Below, piece after piece: positions 19,011 to 28,224 of a DNA stretch of 43,022 nt (the first letter of the stretch is position 1; each line of letters begins with the position of its first letter). The notes under the pieces are model-generated. The model had not been told where the DNA came from, made no database searches, and saw nothing but the letters and a program-made list of their open reading frames with translations. Origin of the DNA: an uncultured Candidatus Poseidoniales archaeon. GTDB lineage: Archaea; Thermoplasmatota; Poseidoniia; Poseidoniales; Thalassarchaeaceae. The position numbers and the translations under genes are program-made. The DNA lies in NCBI GenBank assembly GCA_964645485.1, contig CAZXZO010000017.1:1-43022 (forward strand). Direction: 5' to 3'.

Positions 19011-19127
19011 GGTGAGAAGATTCCATCAGAAAGTAGTAATGTGAAAGTTGTTCGTGGTGATTAGATTTCATCAGGAAGTAGTAATGTGAAATTTGTTTGA
19101 GGTGAGAAGATTCCGTCCGCATCTAGT
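18993..19127 (+). repeat. 45-bp tandem repeat x3 spanning the NfuA-like stop codon
   Basis: Units at 18993, 19038 and 19083. Units 1 and 3 are identical over 32 nt (aatgtgaaatttgtttgaggtgagaagattcc); unit 2 differs from unit 1 at 7 of 45 positions. Confidence 0.95.
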
Positions 19128-19436
19128 CCTTGGCATCCAGATTTAGAAGCAGCATTACTCAAATCAGATTTCGGTCTTCCGGATGATTATGAATTACAAT
19201 GGACTCCACTACAACCCTTTGATGATTGGATAATCTATGTCTCAATAGATGGACATAATGCCGCGGTTGTGGTAACCGCACATCAAATGTCAATGAGTGA
19301 ACATCTGATTTCGTTGGTAAATGAGAATGCTTCTGGGAGATTAATCAAAATTATTGCCACTCCAAACCAGCGAGAATTAGATTCTGAATTACAATCAAGT
19401 CTTGACGCATCTGATATTCATCTTCTTCAGTATTGA
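19101..19436 (+). CDS. Unannotated 111-codon open frame, in frame with the NfuA-like gene, lacking a canonical start (GEKIPSASSPWHPDLEAALLKSDFGLPDDYELQWTP...HLLQY)
   Basis: Open from the TGA at 19098-19100 to the TGA at 19434-19436. Protein-like composition and fills the gap between two genes. First in-frame ATG is at codon 63. SD-like GAGGTGA is followed by ATT at 19110. Confidence 0.55.
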   Translation, partial: GEKIPSASSPWHPDLEAALLKSDFGLPDDYELQWTPLQPFDDWIIYVSIDGHNAAVVVTAHQMSMSEHLISLVNENASGRLIKIIATPNQRELDSELQSSLDASDIHLLQY

Positions 19437-19486
19437 ACCCACTTCCTACGGGGGTTTGATATTTGGGCACTGTAGTTGAGTACTTG

Positions 19487-19870
19487 ATGGCGGTGGATGA
19501 GGCGGCACAATCTGCGATTTCCCAAGCCACATCCGACACTTCTGATGACGGCATAAACCGCAAAGTAACAGTTGAAGTCGTGCATAAGCAAGAAGGCTTT
19601 GGAACTGCAGCATGGACGGTAGTTGGAATGCTCCTAGTTGTTGCCGCCGTAGGCTCTTGGTTCATGCTTTCAGGTGGTAGTTCAGATGGCGCCGGTGGCG
19701 GATTATTCGGCGGTGGCGGCAATTGTGGAGATGGCATTGACAATGACAATGATGGCAGGATTGACCGGGCTGATGGCGACTGTTATGACCAAGTAAATCC
19801 CGAGTGGAAGGGCTACAAGTCTGGACATATGGAAGATGGTAGAAATGACCCACCTAGTGGCGAAACTTGA
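19487..19870 (+). CDS. Small single-TM protein with a Ca-binding-type CxDGxDNDxDGxxDxxDxDC motif
   Basis: TM WTVVGMLLVVAAVGSWFML, Gly-rich linker, then NCGDGIDNDNDGRIDRADGDC. The track start is TTG 19463. Confidence 0.7.
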   Translation: MAVDEAAQSAISQATSDTSDDGINRKVTVEVVHKQEGFGTAAWTVVGMLLVVAAVGSWFMLSGGSSDGAGGGLFGGGGNCGDGIDNDNDGRIDRADGDCYDQVNPEWKGYKSGHMEDGRNDPPSGET

Positions 19871-19944
19871 TTCCCAGTAATTTCATTGACAGAGCCGGTG
19901 GCAACAAAAGGTAGAGGCTACCCCGCGTTTGTGTAGGTGAGGCC

Positions 19945-22065
19945 ATGAGCACTGACAGCGTTCACATTGTCTCGCCTTGTAAAGAAGGTGACCACGGTAA
20001 ATTCGAGGTCAAGTCAAGTGATGGCTGGGCTCGTCTAGGATTGTTTCATACTAACACACACAAACTGTCAACTCCAACCCTGCTGCCGGTAGTGAATCCG
20101 AATATTCAGGCGATATCCCCAAGTGAAATGTGGGACATTGGGTTTGAAGCATTAATTACTAACTCATACATAATTTGGAAAGGAGAAGAGCTCAAGCAAA
20201 AGGCTCTCAAAATGGGCGTGCATGAACTACTCAATTATCCAGGCGTGGTAATGACTGACTCAGGGGTTTTCCAGCAATATGTGTATGGCGATGTTGAAAT
20301 TGGTGAGGTGGAAGTAGTTGAGTTTCAACGTGATATCGGGGTTGACATTGCCACCATGATGGATGTGTTTGGCCGCCCTGACATGACCCGGGAAGAACTT
20401 GAAGATGCGGTTCTGGTGACTGCAGAAAGAGGTCCTGCGGCTCTAGAAGCGGCAAAAGGGACTTTGTTAAACGGCCCTGTTCAAGGTGGGACTTACTCTG
20501 ATTTACGCGAAAAATCAGCCTTTTTAATGTCTGAAATGGACTTTGCAGTTCATCCAATCGGAGGCGTTGTACCATTAATGGAAAACCAACGTTATCGTGA
20601 ATTAGTTGAATTAATAGTTGCTAGTAAGTCACAACTTACTCCTGAAAGGCCTGTTCATTTATTTGGTTGTGGCCATCCTATTTTGTTCCCAATATGTATC
20701 GCACTTGGGATTGATTTATTTGATTCCGCAGCATATGCATTATTCGCTAAGGATGACCGCCTTCTAACTCCAACTGGAACAATCAAACTTGGCGAAATCC
20801 AAGAATGGCCCCATATGTCTCCAGCTCTTTTTTCAATAACTCCCGCTGAGGTAAGAAAACTACCAAAAGAAGAAAAAATTGAATTGTTAGCACGTCATAA
20901 TTTACAAGTCACTAAAGCAGAACTTTCACGCTGCCGTGAAGCAATTCGAAATGACACAATATGGGATTTAGTTGAGCAAAGAAGCCATGCCAACCCTGAA
21001 CTGAGAGAAGCGACTCTCTGGTTGTACGAAAACATGCCTGCTGACTTGGTGTTGAACACTCCACCATGCCGTGCCGGAGGGATTCAATGGTCAACTGATA
21101 TTGACATGCACCCACGCATTGTCCACGCATCACACTGGTTGGACTGGGCTCCACCACCTTGTGACCATCTTGGTAATTCAATTAATATTGAAGATCGATT
21201 TGTAGTCGTAATTCACGGCAGTTCTGGACCTTGGCGAGAATCAGATGGTGCGATAATCTCCAAATTGGTGCGTAATTGGCCACAAATTGTACCCTTGATT
21301 TACACTCCAATTGGATTAATTCCTTTCCAACTTGAAGACATTAATCCGTTTGCCCACGTGCTGGGTCCTGCTATTCTTTGGGATGCCTCATTGCCTGAAT
21401 TTGCTGGGCTAGATGAAGTTGAAGAGTATTTTTTGGCTCTAGTGGAAGAATTGCTTGATTTTGATTGTGAGGGAATTGTACTTCATAACTCGGCGGATGA
21501 AGAGGAAGAATTGTTTGAGCGTTTGACAACTTTACTTGGTGACAAAATGCCATCGGGTGAAGGAAAGCGGTCTGATGTACGCAGCCATCACCAACGATAT
21601 GCAATATGTGACAAAATCAATATGTTTTCTGGATTAGGCTATGATGTAACTCACTCTATAGCAAACAACTTGACATTTGTAATGAGTCGAACTAGGCGAG
21701 TCAACAATGTTTTACTAGATGGTGTTCATATCTTCAGTCAGAGGCTAACTGATGGCGGTTTGAGTTTGACAACTGACGGAGCAAAGTGGATTCATCAATT
21801 GATGGTTGAAAAATCTGAAAATGTCGGCCTCCCGGAAGTTGTAATTGATTCAGATGCTGAACCTTTTGTTCGTGATGGCCGCAATGTCATGCATGGATTC
21901 ATTCTAGGCCATCAAGGATTGCTGCGTGCTGGTATGCCATGCTTAATCGTCAATCAATCAGGAGAGTTAGTTGCGCATGGTATAGCCCAATGCGGAGAAC
22001 GGGAATTATTGGCTTTCGGGAAAGGAATTGCAGTAAAAACACGCGGCGGCATCAAATTAGATTGA
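19945..22065 (+). CDS. tgtA: Archaeosine tRNA-guanine(15) transglycosylase with C-terminal PUA domain
   Basis: GWARLG, TPTLLPVVNP, ITNSYII, MTDSGVFQ, GPVQGG, IGGVVPLME, VHLFGCGHP, DLFDSAAY. PUA segment FVRDGRNVMHGF...GIAVKTRGG. Confidence 0.95.
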   Translation: MSTDSVHIVSPCKEGDHGKFEVKSSDGWARLGLFHTNTHKLSTPTLLPVVNPNIQAISPSEMWDIGFEALITNSYIIWKGEELKQKALKMGVHELLNYPGVVMTDSGVFQQYVYGDVEIGEVEVVEFQRDIGVDIATMMDVFGRPDMTREELEDAVLVTAERGPAALEAAKGTLLNGPVQGGTYSDLREKSAFLMSEMDFAVHPIGGVVPLMENQRYRELVELIVASKSQLTPERPVHLFGCGHPILFPICIALGIDLFDSAAYALFAKDDRLLTPTGTIKLGEIQEWPHMSPALFSITPAEVRKLPKEEKIELLARHNLQVTKAELSRCREAIRNDTIWDLVEQRSHANPELREATLWLYENMPADLVLNTPPCRAGGIQWSTDIDMHPRIVHASHWLDWAPPPCDHLGNSINIEDRFVVVIHGSSGPWRESDGAIISKLVRNWPQIVPLIYTPIGLIPFQLEDINPFAHVLGPAILWDASLPEFAGLDEVEEYFLALVEELLDFDCEGIVLHNSADEEEELFERLTTLLGDKMPSGEGKRSDVRSHHQRYAICDKINMFSGLGYDVTHSIANNLTFVMSRTRRVNNVLLDGVHIFSQRLTDGGLSLTTDGAKWIHQLMVEKSENVGLPEVVIDSDAEPFVRDGRNVMHGFILGHQGLLRAGMPCLIVNQSGELVAHGIAQCGERELLAFGKGIAVKTRGGIKLD

Positions 22066-22171
22066 ATTTTTCAATAAAAACCATCCTCTCGTTCATTCAT
22101 CCAATCGTTGGATACTAGTAGGGGATTGATTCAAGGGCTATGTTCCCCTCACGGAGTGAGGGGGACTTAGA

Positions 22172-23176
22172 TTGCAGACAATTATTGCAACTGAGAAACT
22201 CACCAAGATGTATGGCCCTCATGTGGCATTAGACGAAATGAGTCTCAAAATCAATAGTGGTGCGACTGCCCTTTTAGGTCCAAACGGTGCTGGTAAAAGC
22301 ACTATGATCAAAACATTACTTGGATTAATTCAACTCACATCTGGAGATGGAGAAGTCCTTGGTTATAACATCAGAACAGAAGGAGATAGTATACGCCAAA
22401 GAATTGGTTACATGCCTGAATACGATTGTTTGACTCCTGAGATGAATGCGATACATCAAGTGAAGTATTGTGGGGAATTAACCGGGATGAACACAAAAGT
22501 TGCGATGCAAAGGGCCCACGAGGTTCTCGAATATGTGGGTCTGAGAGACCAACGTTATCGTGAAATTTCAAGTTTTTCAACCGGAATGATGCAAGCTACA
22601 AAGTTGGCATGCGCAATTATTCATGACCCTGAACTTTTGATTTGTGACGAGCCTACAAATGGCCTTGATACCAAGGCTCGAGGTTTCATGCTTGATACAT
22701 TATTTCAGGTTGTTAAGCAAGGAAATAGATCAATTTTGATGTGCAGTCATCTGATGGATGATGTGGAAAAAATATGCGACAGAATTGTCATGATTCACAA
22801 GGGAAAACTGATTGCTCAAGGGAAAATTGAGGATTTGAAAGCAATTGACCGTGAAATCGAGATTTGGGTTTGGGGTGGTGCTTCTCGAATGGAGGAGGCA
22901 TTGAATGATGCTGGATTAACTCCCCGAAGAACTGGTAGAGTGATGCGAGTTGTTCGTCAGGATGAATCAACATATGACTTGGTTCTAGAATTAGCAGCCA
23001 AGGCGAAGGTTCAGATTCGCAGAATGGAAGATTATGAACCCTCATTAGAAGACCTATTCCTTGTCATCATGGACCGACTTGGGTATGGAGTAAAGTCCTC
23101 CTCAGATTTGTTGCAATCCCAACCACCGACCACTTCAGTTGCACCTGCGCCTTCACGACCGGGGGGTAATTTCTGA
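22172..23176 (+). CDS. ABC transporter ATP-binding protein (ABC-2 exporter type)
   Basis: Walker A GPNGAGKST, signature FSTGM, Walker B LLICDEP, H-loop CSH. TTG start. Confidence 0.95.
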   Translation: MQTIIATEKLTKMYGPHVALDEMSLKINSGATALLGPNGAGKSTMIKTLLGLIQLTSGDGEVLGYNIRTEGDSIRQRIGYMPEYDCLTPEMNAIHQVKYCGELTGMNTKVAMQRAHEVLEYVGLRDQRYREISSFSTGMMQATKLACAIIHDPELLICDEPTNGLDTKARGFMLDTLFQVVKQGNRSILMCSHLMDDVEKICDRIVMIHKGKLIAQGKIEDLKAIDREIEIWVWGGASRMEEALNDAGLTPRRTGRVMRVVRQDESTYDLVLELAAKAKVQIRRMEDYEPSLEDLFLVIMDRLGYGVKSSSDLLQSQPPTTSVAPAPSRPGGNF

Positions 23177-24378
23177 TGGTGGATGAAATTCCCGGTGTTG
23201 ATGATTTGTTTGCAGACGATGATTTAGCGTCTTCCCAGCCAATTTCTGTTGAACCCGCGCCAATCACAGAGCCGGTTCAAGAACCTCAAGTTGAAGTTCA
23301 TGAGATAGAATCTCAGGCGCCTGTAGAATCACCACCCCAATCTTTAGTTGCCAGGCAGGCTGATGCTGAATTCTTGGGTGAAAAGGGCGGTGTCGTCACT
23401 GGAAGGGGTAGAATGGAAGCCGCTTTTGGAACTGGAGACGGAGATGAAATAGCAACTGCACAAGTTGCTCAAGTATCCTCAGAAGTGGCAGCAGGTACAA
23501 TATTCCACCAAGTATATCGCCCTTGGCGTGGAAAATTGAATAGTCGTTGGGTTAGAAATTGGTCAATTTTGCGATACCATATTTACGGCCTATTTTCTAA
23601 GGGGCATAAACCATGGCCGATGATGACAAAACTGGTTGTTTTTGGCGTTTTGATACTTTCAATCGGCGATTTACTGATGCTAACCGTTGGTGCTGCAACA
23701 GGTGTGGAAGCAATTGAACGGCTAGCAGGTATTTCCCGCGGCAACTTGTATGGCCACGTCCTATCTTTTTGGTTTAGAAACGCCTGTACTTACCCAATAG
23801 TCACGGCCTTAATTATTGGGGGAATGATTAGTGAAGATAGAAGAAATGGGACATCTGCACTGTACTTTTCTCGCCCTGTTAATAGGCGGGATTATGCAGC
23901 CATGAAATTCCTTTCAGTTGCTATCATACTATCAGTTGTTGTATTATTCACTCTCTCTGCCTATTATTTGGGAGCAATCTTAGTTGGTGGTGAAGGTTGG
24001 TCATACGTTATGGACACCGGATTATTATTCCTAGGTGCCTTCCTTGCGGGTGCTCTCTTAGTGTTCACTTACACTAGTATTGGGCTGGCACTATCTTCGG
24101 TTAGTTCTGGTAAATTCTTCCCTGCAGTTGCATTTATTGGGTTAATTTTGGGAACAAAAATGGTGGCATTTTTGATTTGGGCATTATTTGATAGCAGTGC
24201 AATATACCTAATTTCACCCTATGATAACTTGGCTCATGTTGGGCAATGGATGCTCGGCTTGAATCATACATACGAGCATCCAGCATCTTGGAGTCTAGTG
24301 ATGTTGATTACAATGAATGCAATTTCTCTATACATTCTCTCGGCTAGAGTTTCTTCCTTGGAGGTGACGCGCGAGTGA
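23176..24378 (+). CDS. ABC-2-type permease with a long acidic, disordered N-terminus
   Basis: GGMISEDRRNGTSALYFSRPVNRRDYAAMKF and about 6 TM segments. Confidence 0.9.
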   Translation: MVDEIPGVDDLFADDDLASSQPISVEPAPITEPVQEPQVEVHEIESQAPVESPPQSLVARQADAEFLGEKGGVVTGRGRMEAAFGTGDGDEIATAQVAQVSSEVAAGTIFHQVYRPWRGKLNSRWVRNWSILRYHIYGLFSKGHKPWPMMTKLVVFGVLILSIGDLLMLTVGAATGVEAIERLAGISRGNLYGHVLSFWFRNACTYPIVTALIIGGMISEDRRNGTSALYFSRPVNRRDYAAMKFLSVAIILSVVVLFTLSAYYLGAILVGGEGWSYVMDTGLLFLGAFLAGALLVFTYTSIGLALSSVSSGKFFPAVAFIGLILGTKMVAFLIWALFDSSAIYLISPYDNLAHVGQWMLGLNHTYEHPASWSLVMLITMNAISLYILSARVSSLEVTRE

Positions 24379-25364
24379 TTCCAGATTTATCTCAGGTTGG
24401 AACTGCAGAGACCCAGGAATGGGCTCCAGTTGCAGAGGCCCCTCACATCATGCTTGACCACGTAACCAAAACCTATGGTTCAGTGATGGGATTGAACGAT
24501 GTGTCTATAGCAATCAAAGGAGGTGTAACAGGAATTCTTGGACAGAATGGGGCAGGGAAATCAACTCTGTTCAAATTGATTGTTGGCCGATTACAACCGT
24601 CGTCTGGGAATGTGCATTTGTTTGGAACAAATCCATTCAAAAATCCTGCACCATATTCGAGAATTGGATATGTTTCCGAATCAGAACATCTGTATGATTG
24701 GATGACAGGTCTTGACTTCGTAGCGACTCTCGCTAGGCTTTATGGTTACACTAGAGATGAAGCAAAAGAGAAGGCATTGCATGTTCTTGATTTCGTTGGT
24801 TTGAGTGATGTAGCCAACAAAGAAATAGGCAAGTATTCCAAAGGGATGAGACAAAGAGTGAAAATCGCTCATGCTTTAGTGAATGAGCCAGATCTAATTA
24901 TTCTTGACGAGCCTTTAGCCGGGTGTGACCCATTGGCGCGCACAACTATCATGAACGTTGTAAGAGAACTAGGTGCAACTGGAAAAACAGTCCTTGTAAG
25001 TAGTCACATACTTTCGGAAATTGAGAGAATAACAGAACAGATTATGATTCTACATAATGGCCGTCTATTGGCATTAGGGAACCTGCATGCTATTCGCGAA
25101 TTACTCGATAAACACCCACATAGGATATTACTACGGACTGACGACCCTCGAGGTTTGGGTACCGCGTTCCTCCCTCACAAAGATGTGTATGGTGTACGTT
25201 TCCCGAATAGTGATGAGTTAGTTGTTGAGACCAATAATCTCTCTTCTGTGCATCAAGCGCTTCCAAGTATTTGTCATCAAAGTGGAATCAGAGTTACCGC
25301 GATTGAGAATCCAGATGATAACTTAGAGTCGTTGTTAGGATATTTGATTGAAGGGAGGTCCTGA
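24375..25364 (+). CDS. ABC transporter ATP-binding protein (second)
   Basis: GQNGAGKST, YSKGMRQR, IILDEP, VSSH. Confidence 0.95.
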   Translation: MIPDLSQVGTAETQEWAPVAEAPHIMLDHVTKTYGSVMGLNDVSIAIKGGVTGILGQNGAGKSTLFKLIVGRLQPSSGNVHLFGTNPFKNPAPYSRIGYVSESEHLYDWMTGLDFVATLARLYGYTRDEAKEKALHVLDFVGLSDVANKEIGKYSKGMRQRVKIAHALVNEPDLIILDEPLAGCDPLARTTIMNVVRELGATGKTVLVSSHILSEIERITEQIMILHNGRLLALGNLHAIRELLDKHPHRILLRTDDPRGLGTAFLPHKDVYGVRFPNSDELVVETNNLSSVHQALPSICHQSGIRVTAIENPDDNLESLLGYLIEGRS

Positions 25365-25366
25365 AT

Positions 25367-26920
25367 ATGGAGGATGACCCGACTGATTTCAGTAGAGAAC
25401 CAAAGGTTCCTGCCGATGACGTGATTGCCGAACAACCCAATATTGCTTCAAATCCGCCAACTTTTGAGAATCAAGTTGAGCAAGCAGTGCAGGCTCAAGC
25501 ATCAGCAGTTGCGAACCAACACCAAGTCGCGACCCAAAGCCAACATTCTCCCATGGCAGAGGCTGCAGTAAGCCAATTCCAGAGGGTTCAAACTCAGGCT
25601 GCGCAAGCATTCCGACCTCTTACTAATTCAGTTTGGAGCAAATTAGACCGTAAAGCAACAGCAGTTACTGAATTCACATTGCGTCAGTACAGAACCAAGA
25701 ATTCGACATGGGTTGTGTTAGGAATCGGAATGGTATTCGTTGCAATGATATTGATGTTTTATGGTGAAGCAATGTCATCAGGTTTTGATTCAGTAGACAA
25801 TGATGGTGATTCACATGATTATGATGGTGATGGCTATCCAACAGGTCAAGAGAGGATTTATGGAACAAATCCGTGGGACGAAAATAGTCACCCTGACCCT
25901 GAATTAGTTGCACCTGACCCACCTGAAAAATGGATTGATGAGGATGGAATCGATTGGGATGGCGATTATTCAAACCCAAATCAAGGATATGATGACGATG
26001 GAGACTGCACAGGTGCAGGATGGGTTGATTCTCAATCATTTGAACTCCCTGTCAATCAAGATACAAACCGGGATGGAATTGACTGTAATGTTCGATACAC
26101 GATGAATTCGACTACAAAAACAATCTATTTGATCAAAGCAGACCCTAGTGTTGATGAGGACCCAGATGATGAAGAATTTCTCAAAGAATCGTTACATAGG
26201 GCCTTTGTCCTCGGTTTTGGGAAAATAGGATTCGCCTTTTTGATTGGAATCTTTGTTCCGCTATTCCTTGCAACCGGATTGGTTCGAGATGAAATGGAAA
26301 GAGGAACGCTACACTACATTATGGGCAAACCGATTGCCCGGGCTGAAATCCTTGCTTACCGCCTACTTGGATACATTGCACTTGTTTGGCCTTACGCAAC
26401 GGTGTTAATCTTACTAACAGCCACAGTTACAGGGTTCCTCGCGCCCTCAGATTCAATATTCAGATTCCATGACTTGTCTGCCTGGTTAGGGGTATTGTTA
26501 GCGTCTTGGTTGATGATGTTAGCATATGGTACGATATTCTGTACACTCGGCGTAATTAGTCCGAGATTTGGATTGTGGATTGCAATTGGATTTGGAGTTT
26601 GGGAATTTGCTATGGCGATGATATCTCTAGGTGCACCAAATTTCCCTCTCACGTGGTTATCTGTTTCTCACTGGGGTATTGAAATTATCAATTGTACATC
26701 AGTATTAGCCTATCCTGACCAAAGTTACTTGATAGAAATTGCGAGTATGAATGATGATTGGGGTAGTGAGGCTGCGTTAGCAGGATTCTATAGTCCGCCG
26801 AGTGTGGTCGCTGGAAGTCCCTTTGCGTCTCTTCTTATCTCAATTTTTGTGTTGGCTCTGTTCACAATTTTTGCACTCTTTATTGGCCAGTCTAGCCTAA
26901 AGAGAAAAGAACTCAATTGA
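25367..26920 (+). CDS. ABC-2-type permease with an extracellular Asp-rich Ca-binding loop
   Basis: GLVRDEMERGTLHYIMGKPIARAEIL. The loop carries DNDGD, DYDGDGYPTGQERIYGTNP, DDDGDC and DTNRDG repeats. Confidence 0.88.
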   Translation: MEDDPTDFSREPKVPADDVIAEQPNIASNPPTFENQVEQAVQAQASAVANQHQVATQSQHSPMAEAAVSQFQRVQTQAAQAFRPLTNSVWSKLDRKATAVTEFTLRQYRTKNSTWVVLGIGMVFVAMILMFYGEAMSSGFDSVDNDGDSHDYDGDGYPTGQERIYGTNPWDENSHPDPELVAPDPPEKWIDEDGIDWDGDYSNPNQGYDDDGDCTGAGWVDSQSFELPVNQDTNRDGIDCNVRYTMNSTTKTIYLIKADPSVDEDPDDEEFLKESLHRAFVLGFGKIGFAFLIGIFVPLFLATGLVRDEMERGTLHYIMGKPIARAEILAYRLLGYIALVWPYATVLILLTATVTGFLAPSDSIFRFHDLSAWLGVLLASWLMMLAYGTIFCTLGVISPRFGLWIAIGFGVWEFAMAMISLGAPNFPLTWLSVSHWGIEIINCTSVLAYPDQSYLIEIASMNDDWGSEAALAGFYSPPSVVAGSPFASLLISIFVLALFTIFALFIGQSSLKRKELN

Positions 26921-26929
26921 GGTTTTGCG

Positions 26930-28156
26930 ATGCTTGAAACTGACCGAAAAGGCACTTCAAGAAATTGGAACTCATTAGAGAAATTTGAAGGTGATTTCTC
27001 ATCATTTTGGCATCTAGATACTTTGCCCCCATTGCGACGATTATCATGGTGGTGGTGGTGGTGGTTAGTGATTATACCAGACCCAGATAGGCCAGGACGC
27101 AGTAAACAGTTGATGGTGCTCTGGTCAACAAGGGATTGTGAGCGAATTGACGTCAGTGGATTCGATTGGTGGGGTGGGGGTAGAACTCATACTGATGAGA
27201 ACGGTGGAATCGTTTTCCCTGGAATGGTTGCCTCTTGGTGGTTTGATGGAGAAAAAGTGTTTGAACCACTTGTGCTTAGAGAAGCGAGGATGGCATCTAT
27301 TGGTGCAGACCATCCATTATGGGGTGCTGAAGAAACTGACGGGGGGGGTGCTGTAATCCCCATCCTCAAAGATGATTTATCAATGGGGTTAGCAGCGGAT
27401 AGAAGCAAATTTTGGCTTAAATTAACATCTGATGAAGAGGCAATATCGGATGGCTCTCCTGAAAAATTTGATTTGAAAATGACACCTTGGAATAGTGAGA
27501 TATCAGCCCTTGAATACAAGCATAATGTATACGCTGGAAATATGGGTTACGATATTTTGAGAATTCACGGCACTAAATGCAGCGGGACGATTGATGGTAA
27601 GGAAGTAGAAGGAACAGCATATTTTCAAAAAGTAACGGTACAAGCACCATCAATTCCTTGGTTTTGGGGAATGTTACACTTTGATGATGGCTCATATTTA
27701 GATTGGTGGTTACCACACATTTCGCTTTCAGTAACTGCGAAAGATTCCGATCCTTGGAAGTTAAGGGATTTCACTCGTCTACCTTTGACAGGGGCTGGAA
27801 TGTTCAAAGATGCCGGACGGCAAAGAACTGAAAAATTTGAGCGCTGTGAAGTAAAATTAATTCAGCCTAAAGGGAAAGATGCTGAATACGATTCGGATGG
27901 TCAGGCTCTGCCTAAATTCCATATCAGAATGTGGAATGGTCGCACTCAGGTAGGATTGGTTGTAAAGGCGGTTGGGCGCGCACATTGGTCATTTAATCAG
28001 CCAACTAGGGCTCACTTGACTAGTCACTTCACCTACAATGAGTATCCACTGCAGGTTGAGAAAATATCTGTGCTTGATGAAAAAGGAGTTAGAACCCTGG
28101 GGGATTGGGGTTGGGTCCACGGGAATGCTGAGCATAGTTGGGGCATACTACACTGA
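26930..28156 (+). CDS. Trp-rich hypothetical protein, possibly AttH/CrtC/tocopherol-cyclase-like beta-barrel
   Basis: SWWWWWWLV near the N-terminus; second-half GTAYFQKV...PWFWGMLHFDDGSYL resembles the two-barrel AttH-like layout. Family assignment is tentative. Confidence 0.5.
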   Translation: MLETDRKGTSRNWNSLEKFEGDFSSFWHLDTLPPLRRLSWWWWWWLVIIPDPDRPGRSKQLMVLWSTRDCERIDVSGFDWWGGGRTHTDENGGIVFPGMVASWWFDGEKVFEPLVLREARMASIGADHPLWGAEETDGGGAVIPILKDDLSMGLAADRSKFWLKLTSDEEAISDGSPEKFDLKMTPWNSEISALEYKHNVYAGNMGYDILRIHGTKCSGTIDGKEVEGTAYFQKVTVQAPSIPWFWGMLHFDDGSYLDWWLPHISLSVTAKDSDPWKLRDFTRLPLTGAGMFKDAGRQRTEKFERCEVKLIQPKGKDAEYDSDGQALPKFHIRMWNGRTQVGLVVKAVGRAHWSFNQPTRAHLTSHFTYNEYPLQVEKISVLDEKGVRTLGDWGWVHGNAEHSWGILH

Positions 28157-28224
28157 GAATTCGTCTCTTGCATAGAATGATATATGGCGGGGTGTATCCC
28201 ACCCTTAGATACTGGGGTCTTGTA

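Noticed and set aside
19008-19100. Selenocysteine or pyrrolysine recoding of the in-frame TGA/TAG codons
   Set aside because: The stops are not in a redox motif, the equivalent position in unit 2 is Arg, three stops would need recoding, and no SECIS-like element or sel/pyl genes are visible.
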